Shown here one piece after another: positions 42,800-53,543 of a stretch of DNA of 64,000 bases. Below the pieces are notes generated by a model. It had not been told where the DNA came from. It was given only the letters and a program-made list of their open reading frames with translations, and searched no databases. Made by a program: the position numbers and the translations under genes. Positions within the stretch are counted from its first letter, which is position 1. Each line of letters starts with the position of its first letter. This DNA is from Gemmatimonadaceae bacterium (lineage in GTDB: Bacteria > Gemmatimonadota > Gemmatimonadetes > Gemmatimonadales > Gemmatimonadaceae): positions 1 to 64,000 of the forward strand of contig JANRJP010000044.1 of assembly GCA_033763905.1 (NCBI GenBank), in the 5' to 3' direction.

Positions 42800-44025
42800 C
42801 GTCCGTCGGCGTGCAGGAGCCTCCGCGCTATCGCTACCGCGCCGCCACGACCGACGGGGGAATGGTCGAAGGCGTGCTGCAGGCCGCCTCGCGCGAACAG
42901 GCGGTGGAGCATTTGCGTCGGCAGCAGTTGGTGCCGGTGACGGTGGATCTCACCACCCCCGATGCGTCGAGCGGCCGTGGGCTTGGGCTCCTCCGCGGCG
43001 GCAGCCGTCGCGACCTCGCCCTGTGGACGCGCACACTCGCGACCTTGCTCGCCGCGGGCGCACCGATGGATCGCGCTTTGGCGGTGGCGCGCACGCAGGT
43101 ATCGCATCCCGGCGTTGCCGCGGCGGCCGACGACATTCGGCGACGTGTGGTGGCGGGCACCTCGGTCGGCGACGCGATGCGGGCGCATCCCGAGGTCTTC
43201 GCGCCGATGCACGCGGCGATGATCGACGCCGGCGAGGCCACCGGGGCGCTGGATCGCGCCTGCGAGCTGCTGGCCGACTATCTCGACGAAGACAGCGCGT
43301 GGCGCGAGCAGCTGCAGACCGCGTTGCTGTATCCGGTGCTGATGAGCCTGGTCGCCACGCTCGGGACGCTGGTGCTGTTGCTCGTGGTGGTCCCACGGTT
43401 CTCGTCCTTGCTGAGTGACCTGGGCGGTACCTTGCCCCTCTCGACGCGCGTGCTGGTCGCGGTGGGAACGGCCGTGGCGCAGTGGTGGTGGCTGCTGCTG
43501 GTCGGCGCCGTGCTCGTGGTGGCTGGCGGGTCGGCCTGGCTGTCGACGCCGGCGGTGCGTGCCGCGTTGCACGCGAAGCGACTGTCGTGGCCGGTGATCG
43601 GCGACTTCGAGCGGGCGCTCGCGACGGCGCGCTTCACGCGAGGCCTGGGCGTGCTGCTCGACGGCGGACTGCCCCTGCTGTCGGCGTGGCGGTTGGCACA
43701 GGGTGGCGTGACGAACGTGGCGATCGCTGCGGGACTGCGCCGCGCCGCCGATGACGTCGGACGCGGGGTGCCGGTGGCCACGGCGACGTCGTCCGTGCTG
43801 TCGCCACTGGCGTCGCAGTTGCTCGCGATCGGCGAGGAAAGCGGTCAGTTGGCCGCCTTGGCCCTGCGCGCCGCCGCGACGCACGAGCGGGCGGTGCAGC
43901 GCACGTTGCGCGTCGCCACCGGCCTGATCGAACCCACGTTGATTGTCGTCTTTGGCGGTATTGTCGGGCTGGTCGCGCTGGCGATGCTGCAAGCGATCTA
44001 CGCCGTGAACGCAGGACTCACTTGA
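42796..44025 (+). CDS. gspF: T2SS inner-membrane platform protein
   Basis: Motifs AGEATGAL, ALLYP, GEESGQL and LIEP. Confidence 0.93.
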   Translation: MTSVGVQEPPRYRYRAATTDGGMVEGVLQAASREQAVEHLRRQQLVPVTVDLTTPDASSGRGLGLLRGGSRRDLALWTRTLATLLAAGAPMDRALAVARTQVSHPGVAAAADDIRRRVVAGTSVGDAMRAHPEVFAPMHAAMIDAGEATGALDRACELLADYLDEDSAWREQLQTALLYPVLMSLVATLGTLVLLLVVVPRFSSLLSDLGGTLPLSTRVLVAVGTAVAQWWWLLLVGAVLVVAGGSAWLSTPAVRAALHAKRLSWPVIGDFERALATARFTRGLGVLLDGGLPLLSAWRLAQGGVTNVAIAAGLRRAADDVGRGVPVATATSSVLSPLASQLLAIGEESGQLAALALRAAATHERAVQRTLRVATGLIEPTLIVVFGGIVGLVALAMLQAIYAVNAGLT

Positions 44026-44033
44026 GGCCCACG

Positions 44034-44486
44034 ATGCCCCCTCGTCGTCGCACATCGGGATTCACGCTCATTGAACTGCTGGTCGTCATCGTGGTGCTTG
44101 GCCTGCTCGCCGGCCTGATCGGCCCGCAGCTGTTCGGCCGCGTCGGCGAGGCCCGCACCACGACCGCCAAGACGCAGATGGGATTGCTGGCGGTGGCGCT
44201 CGACGGCTATCGACTCGACAACGGGGCGTACCCCAGCACCGCGCAGGGGCTGGAGGCGCTGTGGACCAAGCCGACGCGAGCGCCGCTGCCGCTGAACTGG
44301 AAGGGGCCCTACCTGCGCAAACCCGTGCCGGTCGATCCGTGGGGGCGTCCGTACGTCTACGCCGCACCGGTCGCCGGTCCGGAGGGATTCGCGCTGTCGT
44401 CGCTTGGCCGCGACGGACAACCGGGCGGCGCGGGCGAAGACGCCGATATCGCGCACAGCGCCGCGTCGCCGACCCCGCGTCGGTGA
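44034..44486 (+). CDS. gspG: T2SS major pseudopilin
   Basis: Motifs G|FTLIELLVV, YRLDNGAYPSTAQGL, WKGPYL, DPWG and GEDADI. Confidence 0.95.
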   Translation: MPPRRRTSGFTLIELLVVIVVLGLLAGLIGPQLFGRVGEARTTTAKTQMGLLAVALDGYRLDNGAYPSTAQGLEALWTKPTRAPLPLNWKGPYLRKPVPVDPWGRPYVYAAPVAGPEGFALSSLGRDGQPGGAGEDADIAHSAASPTPRR

Positions 44487-44605
44487 GATCGCGCACCAAT
44501 CCTGATACAAATGGTGCGTTTTCCCGCCTGAGATGTGACGGTGCCGCCCGGAATCGCACCCTACAATCACAGCGAGTCCCCACTCGCGAGCTCCCCGGAG
44601 GTTGG

Positions 44606-46201
44606 ATGCAGGTGCCGAACGTGACTGAGCAGGACCAAGCGCAGCCCGACGCCCAGCCCGAAGGCGGGCGCCGCGGCTTCCTCCGTGCAGCGCTCGGCCT
44701 TGCGGCGGGTGCTGTCGCGACGGCGACCACCGCCGAGGCGCAGACGCCCACCCGTCGGGGCGCGGTCCCGCGGCGGCAGCGAAACGCCGGCCCGTCGCCG
44801 GTCCGCGGCGTCCCTGCGGACCTCGCGCAGCTCGCGCCAGCTCCGGCGTTCGTCGCGGACGCGTGGCGCGATCCGGTGGGCCGTTTGGTGCGCCGCATCA
44901 CCTGGGGCATCACCGACACCGAACTGGAGCGCGCCAAGCAGCTCGGGTACCGCGGGTACCTCGAAGAACAGCTGGCACCGTCACGCATCGACGACCGCGC
45001 CTGTCTGTCGTTCATCCAGCGCACGTATCCGGTGGTGTCGATGGCACCGAGTGCGCTGGCACGCTTCGACGCGTTTCAGGCGTCGGTCCAGTTGCAGGAA
45101 GCCGCGCTCTACCGCGCCACGTTCTCGCGTCGGCAGTTGCAGGAGCGAATGGTCGACTTCTGGACCGACCACTTCAATATCTGGCGCGATGACGTCGGCT
45201 ATCTCAAGGTCATCGACGACCGCGATGTGATCCGGCGCCACGCACTGGGCCGCTTCCCCGACCTGCTGCGTGCCAGCGCGCACAGTGCGGCGATGATGGA
45301 GTATCTCGACCAGACGCGCAGCCGTCGGGGCAGCCCCAACGAGAACTACGCGCGCGAAATCATGGAGCTGCACACGCTCGGCGTGGACGGCGGCTACACG
45401 CAGCAGGATGTCGCCGAGCTCGCGCGGGTGTTCACCGGCTGGACGCGCATCGGCGCCGGCTCCTTCTATTACGACGCCAACATCCACGACTTTGGCGTCA
45501 AGCGCGTGCTCGGCCGGGTGATTCCGTCGACCGCGCCGGGCACGGGCCTGGCCGGCAAGCAGGAGGCCGAGCGCATCATCGACTTCCTCGCGGTGCATCC
45601 GAACACTGCTCGCTACATCAGCTGGAAACTCGCGCGCTACTTCGTGGCGTACACGCCGAGCGAGGCGCTGGTCTCGGCGGCGGCGGCGGAGTTCGTGCGG
45701 ACGCAGGGCGACATCCCCTCGGTGCTTCGCATCATCCTCGCCGAGCCGACGATCGTGGGCTCGGGGCCGATGTACAAGCGACCGCTTCACTTGGCGGTGT
45801 CCTCGGCGCGAGCGCTCAACCCGCGCGTGACCTCGGTGGCAACGATGCGGAGCAACGTCGACACGATGGGTCAGTCGCTGTATGCCTGGCCCACGCCAGA
45901 CGGCTACCCGATGTCGATGGAATTCTGGATGGGGCTGGTGATGCAGCGGTGGAATACCGCCTCGGCCTTCGCCACGGCGTCGGCCACCTCCACCAGCTTT
46001 GCCGTGGATCCGGCACCGTTCACCGGCACGACGGTCGAAGAGACGACGAGCCGGATCATAGCCCGCTGTCTCGGGGGCGAGGTCCCGGAGTCGTTCCGCA
46101 CGCGCCTTGCCGACTACATCCGTCCCGCGCCGACGTCGGCCACGCGGATCCGCGAAGCCATGAGCCTCGCCTTGTCGTCCGCACAGTTCCAGTGGTACTG
46201 A
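44606..46201 (+). CDS. DUF1800 family Tat-exported protein
   Basis: RRGFL signal and motifs QLQERMVDFWTDHF, PNENYAREIMELHTLG and ARVFTGW. Confidence 0.88.
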   Translation: MQVPNVTEQDQAQPDAQPEGGRRGFLRAALGLAAGAVATATTAEAQTPTRRGAVPRRQRNAGPSPVRGVPADLAQLAPAPAFVADAWRDPVGRLVRRITWGITDTELERAKQLGYRGYLEEQLAPSRIDDRACLSFIQRTYPVVSMAPSALARFDAFQASVQLQEAALYRATFSRRQLQERMVDFWTDHFNIWRDDVGYLKVIDDRDVIRRHALGRFPDLLRASAHSAAMMEYLDQTRSRRGSPNENYAREIMELHTLGVDGGYTQQDVAELARVFTGWTRIGAGSFYYDANIHDFGVKRVLGRVIPSTAPGTGLAGKQEAERIIDFLAVHPNTARYISWKLARYFVAYTPSEALVSAAAAEFVRTQGDIPSVLRIILAEPTIVGSGPMYKRPLHLAVSSARALNPRVTSVATMRSNVDTMGQSLYAWPTPDGYPMSMEFWMGLVMQRWNTASAFATASATSTSFAVDPAPFTGTTVEETTSRIIARCLGGEVPESFRTRLADYIRPAPTSATRIREAMSLALSSAQFQWY

Positions 46202-46232
46202 CGGGCGCCAGCCCCCGACTCCCGATTGCCCA

Positions 46233-47522
46233 ATGAGTGAATCGACGAACGCCCCGGGTTGCACCGAGTACCACGAAGTCTCGCGCCGCGATTTTCTTGG
46301 CAGCTCGGCGACGTTTATGGCGCTCTCGACGATGCCGGCCTGGTTGCCGCGCGTCGTGCTGGCGCAGACCGCCTCGAGCCGCGACATCATTCTGTCGGTC
46401 TTCCTGCGCGGCGGGCACGACGGCCTGTCGATGATCTATCCGTTCACCGACCCGAACTACTACACGGGTCGGCCGACGATCGCGATTCCGCAGCCGGACA
46501 GCAGCTCGCCGAATCGCGGCATCGCGCTAGATGGATTCTGGGGGATGTCGCAGGCGATGTCGTCGCTGTATCCCGCGTATCAGGCGGGGCAGTTGCTCGC
46601 CGTGCAGCAGACCGGCCTGCTCAACAACACGCGCTCGCACTTCGATGCGATGCGGTTTCTGGAAGTTGGCAAGGCCGCCGATCCGAACCTGATGACCGGC
46701 TGGCTGGGTCGGCATCTGGCCACCTCGACGCCGATGCGCACCGACGCGCCGCTCCGCGCGGTCGGTCTGGCGTCGGGCCTGCAGCGGACGCTGGTCGGTG
46801 GCCCGCGCACGCTGCCGATTCCCAACCCGGCCAGCTTCGGTCTGGGCGGAGACGCGGCGACCCGCGCGCAGCGTCAAGCGTGGCTCGAGGCCGACTATGC
46901 CCCGTTCACCGACACGATCGGCGCCCCGGCGCTCGATGCCCTGAATACGATCTCGCTGCTCCAGTCGGTGAACTTCAACGGCTACGCGCCGATCAATGGG
47001 GCGGTCTATCCGAACACCAGCTTTGGTCGCGGAATGCGGGCCACCGCGGCGCTGATCAAGGCCGATCTCGGCGTCGAAGCGATTCAGCTCGATATCGGCG
47101 GTTGGGACACGCACTCCAATCAGTCGCCGCTGACCGGTTCGATGTCGCGAACAATGGCCGACCTTGCGAATTCGCTCAGCGCCTTCTGGCTCGACGTCAT
47201 CAGCGCCACGACGGATTACCGCGTGACCGTGGTGGTGGTGTCGGAGTTCGGGCGCAACGTGCGCGAGAACGGCTCGGCGGGTACGGACCATGGGCGCGGC
47301 ACGTGTATGTTTGCGATGGGCCGCGCGATCAACGGCGGCCGCGTGCTGACCAACAACTGGCAGCCGCTGGCGCGCGAGAACTTGGAGATCGGGCAGGACC
47401 TCCGCGTCACGATCGACCACCGCGACATTCTCTCGGAAATCGTCACCCGCCGACTCGGCAATCCGAACCTCGGGGTGATCTTCCCCGACTACGTGCCGAC
47501 CAACCGGGGGATCTGCCGATGA
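46233..47522 (+). CDS. DUF1501 family Tat-exported protein
   Basis: SRRDFL signal and motifs LRGGHDGLS, RSHF, GGWDTH, SEFGR and GTDHG. Confidence 0.9.
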   Translation: MSESTNAPGCTEYHEVSRRDFLGSSATFMALSTMPAWLPRVVLAQTASSRDIILSVFLRGGHDGLSMIYPFTDPNYYTGRPTIAIPQPDSSSPNRGIALDGFWGMSQAMSSLYPAYQAGQLLAVQQTGLLNNTRSHFDAMRFLEVGKAADPNLMTGWLGRHLATSTPMRTDAPLRAVGLASGLQRTLVGGPRTLPIPNPASFGLGGDAATRAQRQAWLEADYAPFTDTIGAPALDALNTISLLQSVNFNGYAPINGAVYPNTSFGRGMRATAALIKADLGVEAIQLDIGGWDTHSNQSPLTGSMSRTMADLANSLSAFWLDVISATTDYRVTVVVVSEFGRNVRENGSAGTDHGRGTCMFAMGRAINGGRVLTNNWQPLARENLEIGQDLRVTIDHRDILSEIVTRRLGNPNLGVIFPDYVPTNRGICR

Positions 47523-48124
47523 CCCGCGCCGTGCGGCGCTGCGCCGCGGTCGTCGGGGCGGCGCTGGCGCTGGCGGGTTGCGACGGATCGCTGCCCTTCG
47601 GGTTGCCGGAGCCGGAGCGCGTAGTCGTGACCGCGCCGGTCACGACCGTGTTCGTCGGCGAGAGTATGCAGTTGCACGCCGTGGGCTACAACAAGGAAGG
47701 CGAAGAGTTGCCGTCGCTTGATCCTGAGTGGAGTTCTTCGAATGGCAGCGTGGCATCGATCACGTCGACCGGGTTGCTGACTGGCCTCGCGGTGGGCCGC
47801 GCCACCGTGCGAGCCAAACTCTCGGGGAAGTCAGCCACCGTGGACATCACCGTGGAGCCGTCGCCGGTGGCGCAGGACACGGTGGATGTCGGCCCTGGCA
47901 CGGCGAACCCGTCGGTGGTGACGCTGCGCGTTGGTGGCCGTGTGTTCTTCCGTTTCGGCGCCACGGCCGGCGATGTGACCTTCCGTCCGAACCAGACCGG
48001 CGCCCCGACCAACATCACGTCCACGAGCAACGCGATGCCCAATCGGAGCTTCTTCACCGTGGGCGACTTCGTGTGGGACAACACGGCGTCGCCGGGCACC
48101 ACCGGCACCATTCGCGTCCGGTAG
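47519..48124 (+). CDS. Ig-like (Big_2) domain lipoprotein
   Basis: LAGC lipobox, WSSSNGSVASI...G.ATVRA and a beta-rich C-domain. ATGA overlap with the upstream gene. Confidence 0.8.
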   Translation: MTRAVRRCAAVVGAALALAGCDGSLPFGLPEPERVVVTAPVTTVFVGESMQLHAVGYNKEGEELPSLDPEWSSSNGSVASITSTGLLTGLAVGRATVRAKLSGKSATVDITVEPSPVAQDTVDVGPGTANPSVVTLRVGGRVFFRFGATAGDVTFRPNQTGAPTNITSTSNAMPNRSFFTVGDFVWDNTASPGTTGTIRVR

Positions 48125-48133
48125 CAATGAGAC

Positions 48134-48161
48134 GAGGCGCCGCGCGGATGCGCGGCGCCTC
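48134..48161. terminator. GC-rich hairpin between convergent genes
   Basis: gaggcgccgcgc-ggat-gcgcggcgcctc, a perfect 12-bp stem with no strong U tract. Confidence 0.6.
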
Positions 48162-48179
48162 AATCGTGTGGGGGGTCGC

Positions 48180-48677
48180 TTACGGCACCCGCGACAATTG
48201 TCCGCGAACTTCTCCCGCGGTGCGGGCCTGCGTGTGAATGTCCACGTAGACCGCACCGTTTCGCATCAGCGTCTTGAGCGAGTCGAAGGTGATCGTGGGG
48301 GTGCTGCGCACCCAGTCACGGGCGATATCGCCTTCGGCGATCACGCCGGTGAGGTCCACGCTCGGGGTCTGCGCCGCGGTGCCGTTCACTGGCAGCAACC
48401 AGACGCGCAGGGTGCCGTTCTGCGTGGGCGTGCCCGAGTGCAGGTGCGCCTGCGTGATCCCGGTCATTCCGTTCACGCTGAGCGTGAAGCGAATAGCGTC
48501 CTCTCCCACGAATTCGAACTCGGCGCGACCGGACGCGGTCGTTGTGACGGCGGGCACAACGCCCGCGCCGGACAGATCGGCGGCGAATCGCTCGCCTGGC
48601 CCGGGGGCGGTGGAGTCGTCACTGCAGGCGGCCAGGGTCGCGAACGCCAGCGGCAAAGAGGCAACGAATCGACGCAT
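48180..48677 (-). CDS. CHRD-domain lipoprotein
   Basis: LAAC lipobox and motifs LSGAGVVP, AHLH, YVDIHT and GEVRGQ. Confidence 0.88.
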   Translation of the reverse strand: MRRFVASLPLAFATLAACSDDSTAPGPGERFAADLSGAGVVPAVTTTASGRAEFEFVGEDAIRFTLSVNGMTGITQAHLHSGTPTQNGTLRVWLLPVNGTAAQTPSVDLTGVIAEGDIARDWVRSTPTITFDSLKTLMRNGAVYVDIHTQARTAGEVRGQLSRVP

Positions 48678-48886
48678 AGAGGGAGCGCAGGGGGAATCGC
48701 CGCATCGTGCGGCCCGGACACTGAGTGACGATATCCGTCGCGTGGCCGCGCGCCGTAACGCCGCTGGCGAGCGGCGCCGAAGTACGAAGCGCAACTCGCC
48801 GCGTGACACTTTCGATGCCAGGTCGCCATTTAGGGTGTAGCATTGTTTGCGACCCTGCTCACCCACCCTCCTGCCCAGGACTTCCG

Positions 48887-49429
48887 ATGCCCTCGTCCGT
48901 CGATTCGTCCGACGCCCCGCTTTCGCCCTGCGGTGGCTGTGCCTATTCGCGCCGCGACTTCGTGACCTTGGGCGCCGGCGCCCTGGCGGCGATTGCGTTG
49001 GCTGGCTGCAGCAGCGACGGCGGCGGCGGAGGGGTCGGACCGATCACGCCGCCGCCCCCGACGGCGGTGCTGCCTCCGGGCGTGTCGATCGCGGGCAACA
49101 CCGTCACGGTGGACGTCACCGTCGCCAGCGACCTCACGCAGGCCCCGGGGCTGGTGTTCATCATCGGGCGCACCAATCGCCCGGTGCTCATCGTCAAGAG
49201 CGAAGCCGGCACTTTCGCCGCAGCGACCTACCGCGCCTTCAATGCCACCTGCCCGCACGCTCAGACGCAGAATGCGTGGGCGGACGCCGGCGCGGATGTC
49301 CGCTGCGAAGCCCACGGATCCCAGTTTGCCCGGAATGACGGCAGCGTCACCGCCGGCGTCGCCTCCCGCGGCCTCACCGCCCTGCCCACCACGCGGACCG
49401 GCAACACCCTCACGATTAACGCCGGGTGA
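48887..49429 (+). CDS. Tat lipoprotein with Rieske [2Fe-2S] domain
   Basis: SRRDF...LAGC, then CPHA and CEAHGSQF. Confidence 0.85.
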   Translation: MPSSVDSSDAPLSPCGGCAYSRRDFVTLGAGALAAIALAGCSSDGGGGGVGPITPPPPTAVLPPGVSIAGNTVTVDVTVASDLTQAPGLVFIIGRTNRPVLIVKSEAGTFAAATYRAFNATCPHAQTQNAWADAGADVRCEAHGSQFARNDGSVTAGVASRGLTALPTTRTGNTLTINAG

Positions 49430-49441
49430 ACGCTCGAACGG

Positions 49442-49482
49442 CAGAGCGCCCCGCATACCGAATCGGCGTGCGGGGCGTTCTG
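49442..49482. terminator. Hairpin between convergent Rieske and MCP genes
   Basis: cagagcgccccgca pairs with tgcggggcgttctg. Confidence 0.6.
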
Positions 49483-49540
49483 TCGTGCACGGCGGGATGG
49501 GCCGCCGTTCCCTGAGGCCGGTGCTCCGGCCGGTTGTCGA

Positions 49541-51562
49541 TCAGAAGTTCGCCGCCAGCGACATCGGACGCGGCGCGCGGTTGGCGCGGCGGCTCGCGGC
49601 CACCGACGGCAGCACCTTCGCGCTACCCGCCGAGGTCTCGAACGTGCCCACCAGCTGCAGGAGCGTCATCGCCTGCCCGGAGAGTTCTTCCGATGCCGCA
49701 GCGGACTCTTCGGCGTTCGCGGCGTTCTGCTGCGTGACCCCGTTGAGCTGCTCCACCGCCTGCGTGATCTGCGAGACGCTCTGCTGCTGCTGCTGGTTGG
49801 ACGAGGCCAGCTCATGGACCACGTCGGCCACCTTGCTGACTTCGGCATCGATTTCGTCCAAGCGGCTCAAGACTTCCCCATTGTGCTGCACCCCGAGCTT
49901 GGCACTCGCCACGGCCGACTCGATCAGCGTCGCCGTCGTGCGCGCCGCTTCGGCACTGCGCGCCGCCAGCGAGCGCACTTCCTCGGCCACCACCGCGAAG
50001 CCGCGACCCGCGTCGCCGGCCCGCGCCGCTTCAACGGCGGCGTTGAGCGCGAGGAGATTGGTCTGGAAGGCGATCTCGTCGATGGTCTTCACGATCTTGG
50101 CCGTCTGATCGCTCGACCGGCGGATCTGATCGATCGCCGCCGAGAGTTGCGACATGCTTTCGCGACCCTGCGACACCCGCGCCCGGGCGGTGGACGACAT
50201 CCCACGCGCCTGTTCGCTGTTCGCGGCGGACGCCGCCGAGGCCGCGTTCATCTCGTGCAGGCTGCTCGCGATCTCCTCAAGCGAGGCACCCTGCTCCGAC
50301 GCACCCTGAGCCAGCGACTGGCTCCCCGAGGCAATCTGCGAACCGGCCGAGGCCACCTGCTCCGCCGCGCCGTGCACCTGGGCCAACGCTTCGTCGAGGG
50401 TGTGCGCCGCCGCATTGACGGCAATCTTGATCCGATCGAAGTCGCCTTCGAAGTTGCCCGTCATCCGCGCCGTCATATCGCGGGCCGCGAGCTTGTCGAG
50501 TACCGCCGCCGTCTCGGCGACGGGCACCGCCACCGCGTTCACGAGGTCGTTGAGACCCGACATCAGGTCGCGGAACGCGCCGTCATACTTGGTCACATCA
50601 CCGCGACGCGACAGGTCACCGGCCGCCGCCGAGCGAGCCAGCGACGACGCATCACCGACCGCGTCGTTGACCACCTGCTGCAGCTGCACGAAGGCCTTGC
50701 CGAGCGCGTCCTTGTCGGAGCGGGCCGAAATCGCCACATCCATCCGGCCGCGGCTGATCGCCACGGCCGCGTCGGCCATCCGACGCTCGTCGGCCACCAG
50801 CTGCGCGATGCTCCCGGCCAACTGACCGATCTCATCCTTGCTCTCGACGACGACCTCCTGATCGAGATCCCCCTTGGCGACGGCACCGGCGATGTGGGTG
50901 AGGCGCTCCACCGAGCGGCCAATCATCCGGGCGATCATCGTCGCAATGAAGGCTCCCAGGGCGATGGCGACGACGATCAGCACCAGAACCACGATGATTG
51001 CCGTCGTCGCCGAGGCCTTGGCGTCTGCCGCGGCCTTCTGCATCAGCGCGACCTTCGAGGCGGCCAAGCTGTCCATCAGCCTGTCGATCTCGTCGGCGCG
51101 CTTGCGCAGGTCGCCGAGCCGAGCGCGACCGTCCGCGTCCTTGCCCTCGAGGGCCAGCGCCACGACCGCGTCCTGCTGCGGCCGAAGGTCGTTGTAGTCC
51201 GTGAGCAGCTTGGCGGCCATCACCTTCTGCTCCTCGCGGACGATGCTCGCCTGATACTGCGCGAAGTTGGCGCGGAAGAGCGAATCGTACGTGACGATGT
51301 CCGCCGCGCGGCGGCGCACCGAGGCGGCGTTGTCATCGAGGAGCGCGTTGCGCACCGCGCGCGAAATCGAAATGAGCTGCACGTTCGCTTCCTTGAGCGC
51401 CAGCGCCGGTTCGGCGTGGGTCGTGTACAGCGTCGACAGGAGCGAATCGAGACGGCGGGCGGTGAAGGCACCGACGCCGCCAACAATGACCATCAACAGG
51501 ATCGTCGCGCCAAACCCCACCGTCAGCTTGCGACCGATCGTGAAATCCCGGAACCACTGCAT
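49541..51562 (-). CDS. Methyl-accepting chemotaxis protein
   Basis: Two TM helices around a four-helix sensor, HAMP repeats and [20 protein letters not shown]...[10 protein letters not shown]. Confidence 0.95.
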   Translation of the reverse strand: MQWFRDFTIGRKLTVGFGATILLMVIVGGVGAFTARRLDSLLSTLYTTHAEPALALKEANVQLISISRAVRNALLDDNAASVRRRAADIVTYDSLFRANFAQYQASIVREEQKVMAAKLLTDYNDLRPQQDAVVALALEGKDADGRARLGDLRKRADEIDRLMDSLAASKVALMQKAAADAKASATTAIIVVLVLIVVAIALGAFIATMIARMIGRSVERLTHIAGAVAKGDLDQEVVVESKDEIGQLAGSIAQLVADERRMADAAVAISRGRMDVAISARSDKDALGKAFVQLQQVVNDAVGDASSLARSAAAGDLSRRGDVTKYDGAFRDLMSGLNDLVNAVAVPVAETAAVLDKLAARDMTARMTGNFEGDFDRIKIAVNAAAHTLDEALAQVHGAAEQVASAGSQIASGSQSLAQGASEQGASLEEIASSLHEMNAASAASAANSEQARGMSSTARARVSQGRESMSQLSAAIDQIRRSSDQTAKIVKTIDEIAFQTNLLALNAAVEAARAGDAGRGFAVVAEEVRSLAARSAEAARTTATLIESAVASAKLGVQHNGEVLSRLDEIDAEVSKVADVVHELASSNQQQQQSVSQITQAVEQLNGVTQQNAANAEESAAASEELSGQAMTLLQLVGTFETSAGSAKVLPSVAASRRANRAPRPMSLAANF

Positions 51563-51870
51563 CGTGCGTTCCCCCTCGTCGTACTGCTCGCGTTGTGAAT
51601 CGGCGCGCACCCCATCGTGACGCGGCGATGGAGGGGATATCGACTTCGTACAGCGTTTCGTAACGGGACAGATAGATTCCCTTAACACAGTGACTCGCAG
51701 TCCTATTTCAAATCGATGCACTGTATCGTTTCGTTACGCTTTGGGTCACATTCTCTTTCATTAATGAGCAGCCCGCACTATCCACACGCTGAGCACTGGG
51801 ACATCTTCGCCCTTCTCGCACGCGGTGCGGCGCACAGCGGCGCGGGACCGTCCCTTCTCCCTGCCCTGTT

Positions 51871-53094
51871 ATGGCCAAGATCAAGGTGAAGCACCCCGTC
51901 GTCGAAATGGACGGCGACGAGATGACCCGCATCATCTGGCAATACATCAAGGACCGGCTGATCCTGCCCTACCTCGATGTCTCCCTCGACTATTACGACC
52001 TGGGGATCGAGCATCGCGACGCCACCGACGACGCGGTCACCGTCGAGTCGGCCAAGGCCACGCTCAAGCACGGTGTCGCGGTCAAGTGCGCGACCATCAC
52101 CCCCGATGAGGCGCGGGTGAAGGAGTTCGGGCTCAAGAAGATGTGGAAGAGCCCCAATGGCACGATCCGCAACGTCCTGGGCGGCGTGATCTTCCGCGAA
52201 CCCATCATCATCCGGAACATCCCGCGCCTCGTCCCGCACTGGGCCAAGCCCATCGTGGTCGGTCGCCACGCGCACGGCGACCAGTACAAGGCCACCGACT
52301 TCAAGGTCCCCGGCCCCGGCACGGTCACGATCACCTACACGCCGGCCGATGGCTCCCAGCCGATGCAGTTCGATGTCGCCACCTTCGGCGCGGACGGCGG
52401 CGTCGCGATGGGGATGTACAACTTCAGCGACTCCATCCGCGACTTCGCGCGCGCGAGCTTCCGCTACGGCCTCTCGCGCAACTTCCCGGTCTACCTCAGC
52501 ACCAAGAACACCATCCTCAAGGCCTATGACGGCCTCTTCAAGGATCTGTTCGAAGAGATCTTCGCCGCCGAGTTCAAGGCCGAGTTCGACGCCAAGGGGC
52601 TGACCTACGAGCACCGGCTCATCGACGATATGGTCGCCTCGGCGCTCAAGTGGGAAGGCGGCTACGTGTGGGCCTGCAAGAACTACGATGGCGATGTGCA
52701 GTCCGACATCGTGGCGCAGGGCTTCGGCTCGCTCGGCCTGATGACCTCCGTGCTGCTCACGCCCGACGGCCGCACGATGGAAGCCGAGGCCGCGCACGGC
52801 ACGGTGACTCGCCACTACCGCGAGCATCAGAAGGGGAACCGCACGTCCACCAACCCGATCGCGAGCATCTTCGCCTGGACCAGGGGCTTGGCGCACCGTG
52901 GCCGCTTGGACGGCACGCCCGATGTGACGACGTTCGCCGAGACGCTCGAGGCCGTGTGCATCGAAGCCGTGGAAGCGGGTGAAATGACCAAGGACTTGGC
53001 CCTGCTCATCGGCAAGCAGCAACCGTTCCTCCATACCGAGGATTTCCTCGCGGCGATCGCGCGTCGGCTCGAAGCCCGAATGGGCGCGCGCTGA
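51871..53094 (+). CDS. icd: NADP-dependent isocitrate dehydrogenase
   Basis: Motifs [36 protein letters not shown] and [11 protein letters not shown]. Confidence 0.97.
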   Translation: MAKIKVKHPVVEMDGDEMTRIIWQYIKDRLILPYLDVSLDYYDLGIEHRDATDDAVTVESAKATLKHGVAVKCATITPDEARVKEFGLKKMWKSPNGTIRNVLGGVIFREPIIIRNIPRLVPHWAKPIVVGRHAHGDQYKATDFKVPGPGTVTITYTPADGSQPMQFDVATFGADGGVAMGMYNFSDSIRDFARASFRYGLSRNFPVYLSTKNTILKAYDGLFKDLFEEIFAAEFKAEFDAKGLTYEHRLIDDMVASALKWEGGYVWACKNYDGDVQSDIVAQGFGSLGLMTSVLLTPDGRTMEAEAAHGTVTRHYREHQKGNRTSTNPIASIFAWTRGLAHRGRLDGTPDVTTFAETLEAVCIEAVEAGEMTKDLALLIGKQQPFLHTEDFLAAIARRLEARMGAR

Positions 53095-53097
53095 CCG

Positions 53098-53526
53098 ATG
53101 GCCGATTTCGAAGGCACGGTCACCGTTCGGTGCACGCCGGCGGTGGTGTTCGCGCTGTATGCTGACGCCGCCGGCTGGGCCGCGTGGGATCCTGACATTC
53201 GCGGGGCGACGCGCGAAGGGCCCTTTGTCTCGGGCGCGGTGGGCACGATCACCCCGAAGCAGGGCCCGACGATGACGATCCGGCTGACCTCGGTCGTGCC
53301 GGATCGCTCGTTCGATGCCGAGGCGCGGCTGCCCGGCTGCACGATGCGCTTCGAGCATTGGCTGGAGCCGCAGGGCGACAGCACGCGCGTCACCCATCGC
53401 GTCGTGTTCACCGGGCCGCTGGCGTTCGTGTTCCGGGCGCTGATCGGCCCCGGGCTGCGACGCGGCATCCCCGGCACGATGGCGGGACTCAAGGCCGCCG
53501 CCGAAGCGCGCGCGGCCGCGCACTAG
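53098..53526 (+). CDS. SRPBCC/polyketide cyclase-like protein
   Basis: Motifs WAAWDP, TRVTHRVVFTGPL and C-terminal LKAAAE. Confidence 0.8.
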   Translation: MADFEGTVTVRCTPAVVFALYADAAGWAAWDPDIRGATREGPFVSGAVGTITPKQGPTMTIRLTSVVPDRSFDAEARLPGCTMRFEHWLEPQGDSTRVTHRVVFTGPLAFVFRALIGPGLRRGIPGTMAGLKAAAEARAAAH

Positions 53527-53543
53527 ACCTTTTCGGAGCAGAC

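Noticed and set aside
46259..47518. 621-aa ORF overlapping DUF1501
   Set aside because: Only the part from ATG 47519 (lipobox and Ig domain) looks like a real protein.
49775..49800. ctg trinucleotide run
   Set aside because: It encodes the QQQQQ stretch of the MCP methylation helix and is not a contingency repeat.
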